Notes: generated from the sequence alone by a model not told the origin. A stretch of 64,000 nt of DNA from an uncultured Desulfosarcina sp. (GCA_963674945.2 CAXXWQ010000003.1:1952001-2016000); one strand, 5' to 3'; counted from the first letter of the stretch, positions 48,440-58,024 are shown. Numbers and translations are program-made.

Positions 48440-49158
48440 TAACGCCGCCTCCCGAACGTGGGTTGATCAAAGAAAAGCGGACGGTCTCCCCATTCGGCAA
48501 GGGAAACCGACTCCAGCCCATTGATCTTGGCCAGTTGCTCAATCCGCGACAGGCCGGTGGTCATGCGCCCGATGTTGGCTCTGGCCGCCTCGTGCAGCCT
48601 CTCCAGCAGGTCATGTTCCACACCCACCTCGCACACGGTTTCGGCAAGCGTCCGCGCGTCGGCAATGGTGATGCCGCGAAACTCCACCCACTGGGTGACG
48701 CGCCTGGCAAATCGACCGTTGTTTTGCAGCTTCCTGGCCATCTCCTCCATTCCGATGAGCACGACCGGCGACCCGGTGTTGTCGTAGATGTCCCGTAACA
48801 CGTCGATCATGTCGGTCTGGCGAAGTAGATAATCCGCCTCGTCGACGAAGATCGGCCTCGGTCTTTCCATCAAGCAGCGCACCGAAGCGTCCACCATTGG
48901 CGCCCGGAATCGACCTGTCGGCTGGCCCAGTTCAACCATCAGGGCACTGAGCATGCTGGTCACCGTCCAGCAGGCATTGGCCCGAAGGAAGATGCCGTCC
49001 AGCGTGTTGGTGGCGAAGGCGACCGTTGTGCTTTTTCCTTCTCCTGGATGGCCCCATAAAAGCCCCATCCCCTCAACACCCATGGGACGGTCGGTCAGTT
49101 CGCGAACCGCCGCCAGAAACCGGCGGACATTCGCCGTCATTGCCATTTCGTGCTTCAT
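48439..49158 (-). CDS. AAA+ transposition ATPase (MuB-like)
   Basis: Walker A 'GHPGEGKS', Walker B 'IFVDEAD', 'LRDIYD', 'VVLIGM'. Confidence 0.9.
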   Translation of the reverse strand: MKHEMAMTANVRRFLAAVRELTDRPMGVEGMGLLWGHPGEGKSTTVAFATNTLDGIFLRANACWTVTSMLSALMVELGQPTGRFRAPMVDASVRCLMERPRPIFVDEADYLLRQTDMIDVLRDIYDNTGSPVVLIGMEEMARKLQNNGRFARRVTQWVEFRGITIADARTLAETVCEVGVEHDLLERLHEAARANIGRMTTGLSRIEQLAKINGLESVSLAEWGDRPLFFDQPTFGRRR

Positions 49159-49223
49159 GTGGTAACCTCCTTTTTGTCTTACGCTTTACCAAAAGGCCGG
49201 TGTTGCCCGCACCGGCCGACCTT

Positions 49224-49610
49224 TTACCCTGCCAAACGTGGAAATTTTTCACCGAGCCCATAATCTGCGACCATCTTTTTGGCCGATTGGTACAATGTGC
49301 CAAGGTTCACAGCGTGGCGATTGGCCTCGATTTCTAAGTCCCTCCGCTTCCGTTTGATGTTTGTTTTACTGGCCTCTTCCATTATTTCTTGATGTTTTCT
49401 CGCGTGGCCGGATGCCCGGCGCAGACGATGCCGGATAATGGTTTCTACGATAGCCTCCTCCGAAAACTCAATATTGAGGTGTTTTATAAGGTCAACCAGC
49501 ACCTCCTTCGGCAAGTCTTTCATTCCGAGTTTTCGATTGCTCTTTTGGTATTGTTTCTTCATCTTTGCCCTTTTTTTGGCCATCTCTCCCTCTCTTCCCT
49601 CAGTCATCAC
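49224..49610 (-). CDS. Hypothetical basic protein between the transposase and ATPase genes
   Basis: 128-aa ORF whose start overlaps the transposase stop. Confidence 0.6.
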   Translation of the reverse strand: MMTEGREGEMAKKRAKMKKQYQKSNRKLGMKDLPKEVLVDLIKHLNIEFSEEAIVETIIRHRLRRASGHARKHQEIMEEASKTNIKRKRRDLEIEANRHAVNLGTLYQSAKKMVADYGLGEKFPRLAG

Positions 49611-51745
49611 TCGTTACAACTTGCCATTTTCCCTGTTTGCAGAAAGTGCTCATACCGTTTCATCCAAGCCAAATCTGCATCTGGAAGGTATTTTCCATCG
49701 GCCAGGTCCTGGGTGAGATACTCGTATTTTTCCCATTGAGTAGACGGCATCCTGTTTGCCTGCTTGTCCGCCAGCCGGATCACGTCCTTTGCGCGCTCCT
49801 CCTCATCTTCGCTGATGGCGATGGGAGAAGGGCCAAGTTCCTTTCGCCGCATGTCCTCTACCGCCATCGCCGCCTCATCCAACGCGCCGGTGCTGTATTC
49901 TTCGCTTTGTTTTGGATGGTCCACGATGTTTGCAATCTTTGATTCCCTATAGCCGAGGATCTCATCGTGGATAAACCGAGTTTTTGCCTCTCGCGCGACC
50001 TTCTTCAGCTCCCGGCTGCCCTCGCGCATCACCTTCTTTTGGATGTCCTTCGCTTTATCTGCGATCTCTTTTCGGTTATGGCCAGTACGGTCAGGATTGA
50101 CAGCGGTGCATATATACGTCCCATCCTCTCCGAACACGTAAATTGTGCCGTAATCAGTACGGTCCAACAGAACCCTTACGCGTCCTTCGTGCCCGGCCAG
50201 CTCTGGTGTGATAAACCATGCGTTTTCAACCCTGATACCCTTTCTTCGGATATCCCGGAAACCGCCGTCCGACGGCGCAGGTGAAAGAAGAATATCCAAC
50301 GCCCGCTCGTTGCTGATGCGCCGCACTGGTCCGGTCCAATCCCTTGCCACCTGTGCCGGCGTCATGCCGTCGAGTCCGTCATGGGAGTTGTGATGGTAGA
50401 TGGCATCCACCCACCGGTCACAGATTTCCTGGAATTCGTCGGATGAAATTTTGATATCCACCGGATCCGATCCCTGCTTCATCATTCGCTGTGCAAATGT
50501 GCGTCTTGACTCTATGGCTTTTCTGTCCGCAACGCTGTGGCCGATGTAGCCTGGTAACAGTTCGACGATGGAGTGGGAAAAGGTTTTGAATGCACGTTCG
50601 ATATGCGGCTTCTTCTCTGGAGAGAAAGGCGGGCAAAGCACCTGTTCGACTTCAAGGTCTGAAAATATTCGCACCATATGCCGCGACACATAGTCGGCGC
50701 CATTATCGGTCTTTGCTGATTCTGGCACACCCCAGTCAAGCAAGGCACGCCTGGTGAGTGCCGCCACCGATTCCGCCTTTGATGTCGGAGACACCAGCAG
50801 CTTGATCCGCCTTGAATAGACATCGATCACGCCTATTATCGTGTGCCGGCCATCGGTGAGCATCACGTCTCCCGGCGTAGAGTCGTATTCCCATAACTGA
50901 TTCAGTCTGAAGACCTGCTCGGATGCGTCGCCGAAGGCGAACATTTTCCTATTTTTCCACTCATCAGGATTCTTCAGGTATAGGAGGAGACTCTCGTTTT
51001 CATCCTTCCATTTGGAAACGTATCGCCTTATCGCATGCGCGCTCGGTATTTCCTGGCCGTCGAATCTTGCTTTTATGGACATGCGTATCCCTGGGATCGA
51101 TACATGAGGGTGATCGACGATCATTGCCTGGATGAACTTCTGCATGTGCTCAGGCACCGACGTCTTTGACATGCTGACGTAGTTCCTTGCCAGCCCAGCC
51201 GGTCCATTCTCCTTGTACTCAGTCTCCCATCGGTAAAAAGTGGACCAAGAAAGGACGATTTTTCCTTTTCGTTTTTTCATTGCGCTGGTTACGTTGGGTG
51301 GAAATTTTATCGTCCCCGCCTTCACCTCTTTTATAAATAGGAGCGTTCCCTTCTTTTTGGGCAGCTTCGTTGCGGCCAGAAACCCATCACGCGCCTTCAG
51401 GATCTCCTCGTTCGCGTACGCCTCGTCTTTTTGCTCGTCTGTGAGTGCGTTATATGCCGCAAGTTTCGCCTCCACTTCATCCTGTTTTGCGATTTTCGCG
51501 GCCATCGCCTCTGCGTTCACGCCAAGGCCCCGTATGAATCCTGAGGATTCACCTCCGTATAACGTTGAGAATACTGCCGCCCGAACATCGTCCGGCAGTA
51601 GTGACGTCGGAAATAATTTCCTTGGCCCACCTCGAACGCGCTGGCCTACGGTTGGCCATCTCTCGTTTTGGGCTCGTATTCGCACCATCCGAGGCGAAAG
51701 ACCGATACATTCAGAAATTGAATTGACAGTCAGACAATGCTCCAT
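49607..51745 (-). CDS. Mu-like DDE transposase (MuA-like)
   Basis: N-terminal HTH; 'WEYDSTPGD', 'IDVYSRR', 'KTDNGADY', 'KPHIERAF'. Confidence 0.95.
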   Translation of the reverse strand: MEHCLTVNSISECIGLSPRMVRIRAQNERWPTVGQRVRGGPRKLFPTSLLPDDVRAAVFSTLYGGESSGFIRGLGVNAEAMAAKIAKQDEVEAKLAAYNALTDEQKDEAYANEEILKARDGFLAATKLPKKKGTLLFIKEVKAGTIKFPPNVTSAMKKRKGKIVLSWSTFYRWETEYKENGPAGLARNYVSMSKTSVPEHMQKFIQAMIVDHPHVSIPGIRMSIKARFDGQEIPSAHAIRRYVSKWKDENESLLLYLKNPDEWKNRKMFAFGDASEQVFRLNQLWEYDSTPGDVMLTDGRHTIIGVIDVYSRRIKLLVSPTSKAESVAALTRRALLDWGVPESAKTDNGADYVSRHMVRIFSDLEVEQVLCPPFSPEKKPHIERAFKTFSHSIVELLPGYIGHSVADRKAIESRRTFAQRMMKQGSDPVDIKISSDEFQEICDRWVDAIYHHNSHDGLDGMTPAQVARDWTGPVRRISNERALDILLSPAPSDGGFRDIRRKGIRVENAWFITPELAGHEGRVRVLLDRTDYGTIYVFGEDGTYICTAVNPDRTGHNRKEIADKAKDIQKKVMREGSRELKKVAREAKTRFIHDEILGYRESKIANIVDHPKQSEEYSTGALDEAAMAVEDMRRKELGPSPIAISEDEEERAKDVIRLADKQANRMPSTQWEKYEYLTQDLADGKYLPDADLAWMKRYEHFLQTGKMASCNE

Positions 51746-51753
51746 GCCGCCCT

Positions 51754-52503
51754 CTACAATGGTTGGGATATCGCCTGTAAAATACCTTCTATGTGCCGCT
51801 GCGCCTCGGTCGGATCGGTATCTTTCCAGTCCTTGAGACGCTCCTCGTTGATGGCGTCCAAGAATTCGTTGAACGCCTTGCGAAACCGGTCGCTCATCTT
51901 TACCGCCGGCACATTGGTTTTTCTCTTGGCCCTGTCAACGGTCGTTTTCACTTTTTCGCCGTGGATCTTCCTGGCCGTCTGTTTTATGTGCGCCGCCGTT
52001 ATCCGGCCGTCCGCCGTTTCCACGGCCTTCCTCCAGATCTCGATCTGTTTTTCCTCTGGGTATTTGACGAGGGCTCTTGCCTGTGCTTCGTTTTGTGGAA
52101 TTGGTTTTTCGTCTTGTCTCCAATTGGAGACATTCTTAATTTGTTCCGCGTATGGCAGAAGACGATCTACAATGTCAGCAGCATCGATCATACGATACGC
52201 ATGCGCCCGCTGTATATCCCATAAATCTTTTGCATAACCTGCAAAAGTGGAATGCGTGGACCGGTAGAGCATGGATGTATTAATCTCCCTCAATGCGCAT
52301 CCTACCTCGTAAAACGCCTTGAAATTCCTGGTGACCACATCCTCCAGCTCCGCCAGGCGTTTCTTCTCCCGGACCGACATGGGCGGCATGCCTGGGAAGG
52401 ACTCGTTCAGCGGAACGATGCTGTCGTCGTCAATGTCCAAGACGTCCGGTTCGACGGGTGCGTTGGATGTCTTTCGAAACAATGGATTCTCGCTTTTTGA
52501 CAT
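51754..52503 (-). CDS. Phage early protein (DUF3102-like)
   Basis: 'FYEVG.AL.EI....LYR.TH.TF..Y', 'PQNEAQARAL', 'ITAAHI'. Confidence 0.7.
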   Translation of the reverse strand: MSKSENPLFRKTSNAPVEPDVLDIDDDSIVPLNESFPGMPPMSVREKKRLAELEDVVTRNFKAFYEVGCALREINTSMLYRSTHSTFAGYAKDLWDIQRAHAYRMIDAADIVDRLLPYAEQIKNVSNWRQDEKPIPQNEAQARALVKYPEEKQIEIWRKAVETADGRITAAHIKQTARKIHGEKVKTTVDRAKRKTNVPAVKMSDRFRKAFNEFLDAINEERLKDWKDTDPTEAQRHIEGILQAISQPL

Positions 52504-52516
52504 GGTTACCCCTTTC

Positions 52517-52987
52517 TTATTTCGTCATCTCTTCGAGAAACATTTCACGCTTCCTGACTTCCGACCTGGCCTCGCTCAGCTTCTCCTTCCATCTCTGGAT
52601 CTCGGACCGAAGTGCGTCCGGTCCAGGCATGGAAAACATGCCGACTGTGTCGTTTAAAATTTCGATCGGGTCGTTGGATCCGGTTGCCCGGCAGAAGGCT
52701 GGAAGGTACTCGGCTGGGATGCGATAGTTGTCCTTGCTTTCGGCCGTCCACGCATCGATGACGGCCTTGGTGATCTCGACACCCAATAGATGGCTCATCT
52801 CCCCGGCGATCTGGTGCCGGGAAAGGCTACATTCCTTGATCGCCCGATTTAGCGCCCGCCGCAAACGGTCACGGACGTTCATCGTGCCCTCGCTGCCCGC
52901 AGCGGCCCGCTTCTCTTCGGTTAACCGGGTTAGATGGTCGAACAAACTGAGCTGCGCCGTATCTATTTGATTGCGTTTCTTAGGCAT
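52517..52987 (-). CDS. Phage regulatory protein (CII-like)
   Basis: 'LSRHQIAGEMSHLLG..ITK..IDAWTAESK...RIPAEYLPAFC'. Confidence 0.7.
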   Translation of the reverse strand: MPKKRNQIDTAQLSLFDHLTRLTEEKRAAAGSEGTMNVRDRLRRALNRAIKECSLSRHQIAGEMSHLLGVEITKAVIDAWTAESKDNYRIPAEYLPAFCRATGSNDPIEILNDTVGMFSMPGPDALRSEIQRWKEKLSEARSEVRKREMFLEEMTK

Positions 52988-53017
52988 TGACGTGAAATGG
53001 GTATATTGATAGATCTA

Positions 53018-53272
53018 TTAATTAGCAGAAGAAGACTTGCGAGGACGACGGCCGTCCCAGTTGTAATAATCAGCGAATGCGACTTTCGGGTCCAATCCGA
53101 TTTCTTTCGAAATGGCACGGAATAAACGGTCGGAGATCAGCTTTTGGTGGATGACACGGGATATGGTCATTTCGGAAACACCGTGCTTTTCCGCAAGAGC
53201 CTTCTGCGTTACCCCTTTCCGCTTGAGCATGTATTGAATATCCATGGCGGTGATTGGCTCAGAAAATGTCAT
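53018..53272 (-). CDS. Ner/Cro-like HTH regulator
   Basis: 'I..MLKRKGVTQKALAEKHGVSEMTISRVI'; first gene of the early operon. Confidence 0.85.
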   Translation of the reverse strand: MTFSEPITAMDIQYMLKRKGVTQKALAEKHGVSEMTISRVIHQKLISDRLFRAISKEIGLDPKVAFADYYNWDGRRPRKSSSAN

Positions 53273-53299
53273 GAGAAGCTCCTTGGATAAATAAAAGGA

Positions 53300-53785
53300 T
53301 TGAATATGTCGGCCAAGCTTGCATTAAAGTTCTTTAATAAAATACTCGGCTCTATCGATAATGTGCAGCCTGAGATTGTTGGGGGTGGAAAACTGGCTGA
53401 AATATTATGGCCATTAAACGATATATTCAGGTCACGCATGGACCGTATTTTATCGATAAGGTACGATCCAAAGTTCGAGGATGAGGCGGATAAGGCCATA
53501 GAAAGGTTTGCATCAAATCCGATTCCGTCTTCATGGGAAGATATATCGCCAGGCGCATGGCGGGTCCTGTTTGAACGCCACCGGCAATTGATCATTGTGG
53601 CCATGATCAACGAAAAGACTGGGAATGCATTCACGACAATTCCCTCAGGTCTTCCGGAAAGCGCAATTTTACCTGGTATAATGCTGCTTCTGCTTCATGA
53701 AATGAAGCTTCCGTTTTCAGTAGGTGATCAAAAAGATCTCGGAGTTTGGCAAGGTCTTCCTCCTGAATCGATGAAGCGACACTAA
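53300..53785 (+). CDS. Hypothetical protein inside the immunity region
   Basis: 161-aa ORF between ner and the repressor. Confidence 0.6.
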   Translation: MNMSAKLALKFFNKILGSIDNVQPEIVGGGKLAEILWPLNDIFRSRMDRILSIRYDPKFEDEADKAIERFASNPIPSSWEDISPGAWRVLFERHRQLIIVAMINEKTGNAFTTIPSGLPESAILPGIMLLLLHEMKLPFSVGDQKDLGVWQGLPPESMKRH

Positions 53786-54011
53786 AGGCTTTTCTTTGAT
53801 TGAATAAGCACATTGTAAGTCTCTTCTTGTACGGAATTGAACCAATCGGAGGAAATTTGCGCTACTAAGATTCTTTTCTTTCCGATTAGATTTTTGAGTT
53901 TTTTTATGATCCTTTTGAAAAACACGTTTTCTCCATGTCTATTTTTAATTCGGATATAGATATGGTTTTATATGCCAAGTGGATGATAAGTCAAGGTTTA
54001 AAATAGGCCGA

Positions 54012-54464
54012 ATGGATAATTTGCCAGAAATAATACGCCGATTAAAAGAAATGGAGGATTTAAAAAGCGATAAAGAGATCGCTGAACTATTCGATTTAAC
54101 GCCACAAGAGTTTAGCAGAAGAAAAAAACGTGGAACATTACTTGCAAAAATTATAGATTGGGGAATATGCCAATCGGCAGATTTAAATTGGCTTTTAACT
54201 GGTGAAGGCTCGCCTTATGTCGGCCAACAGAGGCACTCCTCGAACGTCCTCGATATTAAACACAATTGTGTCATTCAGGAATTCGATGACAAGGAATTCG
54301 CTATCGAGGTCAATGAGGCGCTGGTGGCCCTGGAAAAGGCATCGACAAAAAATTTTTATGAGATCGGCGGATACATAAAAAGGGCTGCCCAGGAGGCGAA
54401 GCAAAAACATTCCGTCGACGATGAAACTCGTTTGACAGGGACGGAAGATACAGCAAAAAAATAA
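54012..54464 (+). CDS. Phage CI-like repressor (HTH)
   Basis: 'IIRRLKE...LKSDKEIAELFDLT...FS.RKKRG', 'DLNWLLTGEG'; divergent from ner. Confidence 0.85.
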   Translation: MDNLPEIIRRLKEMEDLKSDKEIAELFDLTPQEFSRRKKRGTLLAKIIDWGICQSADLNWLLTGEGSPYVGQQRHSSNVLDIKHNCVIQEFDDKEFAIEVNEALVALEKASTKNFYEIGGYIKRAAQEAKQKHSVDDETRLTGTEDTAKK

Positions 54465-54484
54465 AGGCTGACGGGCACCAGAGA

Positions 54485-54859
54485 ATGAAACAGAGTTCTA
54501 TTGAGCCGCCCCGTCGTGATCAGCGCGTCAGCGATAGAAAATTTCACGATGGGTATTTGGAGATGGTTGTCCATCTATCAGGCTATATTGGGCATGTCAC
54601 AACCTATGGCAACTTCCCGAAAACCGTGGGAATCAAATATCTGGCTGGTTGTTATTTACATGATTTTACTGATATTGACAGGCCGAAAAAAATACTCGAT
54701 GCGGTATGCAAGACAATAGATACAAGACTCATATCCACTTTGCATTTTAAATTTGAAGGTTTGCTCCGCGTCGGGATTATATATCCGTTCGATCACCGAT
54801 GCGCCCTCGTCAGGATTTTCGCTCCAAGGAATGAACCCGAAACCTGTTTTGGTATTTGA
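54485..54859 (+). CDS. Hypothetical protein
   Basis: 124-aa ORF downstream of the repressor. Confidence 0.5.
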   Translation: MKQSSIEPPRRDQRVSDRKFHDGYLEMVVHLSGYIGHVTTYGNFPKTVGIKYLAGCYLHDFTDIDRPKKILDAVCKTIDTRLISTLHFKFEGLLRVGIIYPFDHRCALVRIFAPRNEPETCFGI

Positions 54860-54889
54860 GCAGTGTATTTAAAATGAAGGAATTTTCTG

Positions 54890-55396
54890 ATGAATAAAAT
54901 TATTTTCTCAATATTGTCTTTATTAATGTTGGCAGGATGCTCTAATGATTATTCGAACGAACAGAAAGCAAAACCCCTTGAAAGAACAGTTCACATAAAA
55001 ATGAATACAGCTATAAACAAGGGAGAACAAGAAATTCTGCGCATAGCCGTTTTTGAATTTTTTATGACGTGCCAACCATTAAAACAAAAATATCTCGATG
55101 ATATTGAATATATTGAATATGTTTCAAAAATGTCATGCGACAAGGATTCATATTATGATTATCGCTGTGAAAAATATGGTTGGTCAAATGTGCTTTATTT
55201 AAAAATGAAAATAAAAGATGACGCCAAGTTGATTCCTTCTGATTTGCGTGCTTGGGGTCATATCGAACACATCTACATCGGCGGTCCATCAACCCCTGGA
55301 TTTACTATGTCCAAATTTCCACTGCTTTGCGGCGCACAACAGTATGACGGAGAAGATGTATTTATTCCATCCCAAGGAATGGCCAAACTTTTTTGA
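54890..55396 (+). CDS. Predicted lipoprotein (moron)
   Basis: 'MNKIIFSILSLLMLAGC' lipobox; AT-rich. Confidence 0.8.
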   Translation: MNKIIFSILSLLMLAGCSNDYSNEQKAKPLERTVHIKMNTAINKGEQEILRIAVFEFFMTCQPLKQKYLDDIEYIEYVSKMSCDKDSYYDYRCEKYGWSNVLYLKMKIKDDAKLIPSDLRAWGHIEHIYIGGPSTPGFTMSKFPLLCGAQQYDGEDVFIPSQGMAKLF

Positions 55397-55425
55397 GGAT
55401 GTATAAAAAAGAGGGGAAGGCTTAA

Positions 55426-55818
55426 ATGAAAAAAACAATATTTATGCTTCTTTTAATATTATTTCCGACGTGCGTTTTTTGTGGCGAGTGGTACGAGGGC
55501 GGAACATTATTTGAAGCGAATGCACTTGAATGGCAAAAGGCCACCTATGCAAATAAAATGGCGACATGTGCTAATTTTCTTGCCGCATATGCTAAAGCAG
55601 GATTATTAAATGACGACTTGACATCAAGGTTTAATGAGCCTGATGATTACAAGCCGTATGCCATAGAATTAGCAAATTCGCTCGATAAGGTTTTTAAGAG
55701 GGACCCTGATGACGGTAAAAATATCATGCTGTTTTCAAACCAAGAAGTTAAAACGTTTGCCGCCATGATCGTTATTGGTAGCGGATGGGCAAAGCCGGAA
55801 TACTCCAACGGCAATTAG
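55426..55818 (+). CDS. Predicted secreted protein (moron)
   Basis: Signal peptide, then 'WYEGGTL..A.ALEWQ.ATYANKMATCA'. Confidence 0.75.
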   Translation: MKKTIFMLLLILFPTCVFCGEWYEGGTLFEANALEWQKATYANKMATCANFLAAYAKAGLLNDDLTSRFNEPDDYKPYAIELANSLDKVFKRDPDDGKNIMLFSNQEVKTFAAMIVIGSGWAKPEYSNGN

Positions 55819-56043
55819 GTTACCAAAAATACGTCAAACTCATTTCCGACTTTCAAAAATCTGCTGTTTTTATTACCAACCGAAATAATTAATAAAATCT
55901 ATTTTTATATAATTTTTTACCCATTTCCGTTCATTTCCGACTTTTTTCATTTTACTGTTTCTGAAAACAACTTTTAAATCTGGCTTAAATCATTAATCAA
56001 CGCGCCTTCATATCTATTTCAAACACCTGTCGTAGATATCACA

Positions 56044-56206
56044 TGGTTTTAAACCAGCCGTCAAATCCACCCGAAATTTCCATTTTGGTTTCAAACCGAC
56101 TGTAACGCCGTTATCCGATCCAGTCCAATCACAACCAACCAAAATCACGACACATCCCACCACATCACATCAAATCCCGGCCAATCCCATTGGTTTCATA
56201 CCAGGT
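56044..56206. repeat. Right-end transposase-binding sites (three copies)
   Basis: TGGTTTTAAACCA 56044, TGGTTTCAAACCG 56086, TGGTTTCATACCAGGTG 56191; inverted relative to the left-end sites. Confidence 0.8.
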
Positions 56207-56364
56207 GATAGGGCACAGGACTCGTAGTCGGAAACAGTAGGAATATTGATTACGGACAAGGTAGGAAGGGGAGGGCATTTTGATCACCGCTGTCTGTCAT
56301 TTTGTGTAAGACTTTTGTGTAACAGCCGGAATTGATCAAAATTGTAGGTATCTCTAGAAAAATC

Positions 56365-56394
56365 AATGGCCTACCGCGTAAACAGTAGGCCATT
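56365..56394. other. Hairpin immediately 3' of the tRNA fragment
   Basis: AATGGCCTAC-N10-GTAGGCCATT. Confidence 0.6.
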
Positions 56395-56400
56395 TGATGG

Positions 56401-56445
56401 TGGTGCCGAGGGACAGAATCGAACTGCCGACACGGGGATTTTCAG
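56401..56445 (-). pseudogene. 3' half of tRNA-Phe(GAA): att site of an integrated element
   Basis: Minus strand CTGAAAA-TCCCC-GTGTC-GGCAG-TTCGATT-CTGTC-CCTCGGC-A-CCA; no D arm or 5' acceptor strand. Confidence 0.9.
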
Positions 56446-56701
56446 ACTTCGTGCCTGGTTTTTCAAACCCCCTTGCCTGACAGTAACTTGCAGAAATAAC
56501 ATTAAAAACGCCATAAACCATTTTACCCTAATTTCCTCTGTTTTCCGCATTCTAAATAATTTTCTTTAGCCATTCTTTAGCCAAAAAACCGGTTTAAGCT
56601 CCTCTAAAAAAGCCTTTAAATAAGGCCGTACAAATTGGATTTCTATAGGGCCTTTGTATAGGCAAGGCCGACTTTTTACGCTAATTAGCGTGAAAATTGT
56701 T

Positions 56702-56896
56702 TGCCACCCCTGTCGTCCGCTCTGCTCCCGACTATCTTCCTTTTCCGAACGGCTCCGCTAACGCTCCGGGCCGGCTTAACATCTCGAGCCAAAAGGAAGA
56801 TAGTCGGGAGCACCACGATTTTGTATCCATCCAGCCAAACCGTCTTGAATGAGCTTTGCCTGGACGGACAAAATCGGGGCTCCGACAGGGGCGGCA
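56702..56896. other. 195-nt three-way-junction structured element
   Basis: Outer stem 56702-56715/56883-56896; 22-bp perfect IR 56723-56744/56791-56812; third stem 56816-56876. Confidence 0.75.
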
Positions 56897-57031
56897 CTAA
56901 TGGCTTCCAAAGCCAACTGTTTTTTTATAACTAATTGTTTCCATAACTAATTTCAGCTTAGGAGAAAAATATCAATCCATTTTTAATAAAGCCTTGCTAA
57001 GATGTAAACACTAAAAATTAACGAAAAACCT

Positions 57032-58024
57032 ATGGCTAAAAAAGAAATCCAGACGCGGAAATCCCGCTTTGACCGCGTTCCGGATCAGCGCATTCTGCAA
57101 ATCCAACCGCGCGATATTGAAATACTGGTTGCTTTGGCTCGCTATCGCTTTCTGACTTCACGCCAATTAATCGCCTTAACCGGCGGAGGGGAACAAGGGG
57201 TTTTGCGGCGCTTGCACCGGCTCTTTCACAATGGCTTTATTAATCGCCCCCGAGTGCAGATAAAAACCAGGACAATCGGCACCGAGCCCATGGCCTACGC
57301 CTTAAGTCGAAAAGGAGCCGACTGGCTCTGTGAGCAAGGCAAAATCACCGGCCGGAAACAAAACCAAATTAGAAGGGACCAGTGGGTCAGGGATGTCTTC
57401 CTGGATCACGCCTTATTGGTATCAAACTTCATGGTAACCATGGAGCTGGCTTGCCAGGCCGTAAGCAATTTAGAACTTTTAAGACAGGAGGATATGGTCA
57501 GGCATATCGAAAGATTAAACCTTAAAACAAAAATGAGAGACAGGATAAATCCTCTCTGCGGCCGGTTTCTATCCGACTATGTGCTTGATAGAGATGGGCA
57601 AAAAATAAAATTGTCTATTGTGCCGGACCAGCTATTCGGTCTGTATTTCCCGGACGAGCCGGACGGCAAAAACGAAATTTTCTTTGCTCTGGAAGCAGAC
57701 CGCTCCACCATGCCCATTATCCGGTCTGATTTTAAAAGCTCCTCCTATTTAAAAAAGATGCTGGGCTACTGGGAAGGCTATCACCAGAATGTCTATGAAA
57801 AATTATACGGCATAAAGGGCTTGCAGGTTTTGACCATTACCACCACTAAGGAGCGGATAAACAATATGATTGAGGCCGGCAAATTAATTGATCAAAGAAA
57901 AAAAGGCTCCCGCATGTTCCTGTTTGCTTGCTCAAGCGACATAGACATCGAACGCCCCACCTATATTCTGGAACAAATCTGGCGAAACGGGCGGGACAAG
58001 GAGCTTGTGAGCATGATTGAGTAA
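57032..58024 (+). CDS. Replication-relaxation (Replic_Relax) family protein
   Basis: 'RDIEIL.AL.RYRFLTS.QL', 'RRL..L...G.I.R', 'LDH.L', 'PDQLF', 'ALEADRST', 'K...Y'. Confidence 0.85.
   Translation: MAKKEIQTRKSRFDRVPDQRILQIQPRDIEILVALARYRFLTSRQLIALTGGGEQGVLRRLHRLFHNGFINRPRVQIKTRTIGTEPMAYALSRKGADWLCEQGKITGRKQNQIRRDQWVRDVFLDHALLVSNFMVTMELACQAVSNLELLRQEDMVRHIERLNLKTKMRDRINPLCGRFLSDYVLDRDGQKIKLSIVPDQLFGLYFPDEPDGKNEIFFALEADRSTMPIIRSDFKSSSYLKKMLGYWEGYHQNVYEKLYGIKGLQVLTITTTKERINNMIEAGKLIDQRKKGSRMFLFACSSDIDIERPTYILEQIWRNGRDKELVSMIE

Larger units (their letters stand above)
13418..56217 (-). mobile_element. Mu-like transposable prophage (42.8 kb, apparently complete)
   Basis: Termini TGT(13418) and ACA(56217), each 10 bp from an inverted CACCTGGT(T/A)TGAAACC site; Mu-like gene order (repressor, ner, transposase, AAA ATPase, gemA, mor, lysis, gp27-30, head, contractile tail, methylase). 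Confidence 0.95.

Noticed and set aside
56401..56445. Functional tRNA-Phe gene
   Set aside because: The D arm and 5' acceptor strand are absent; it is an att duplication
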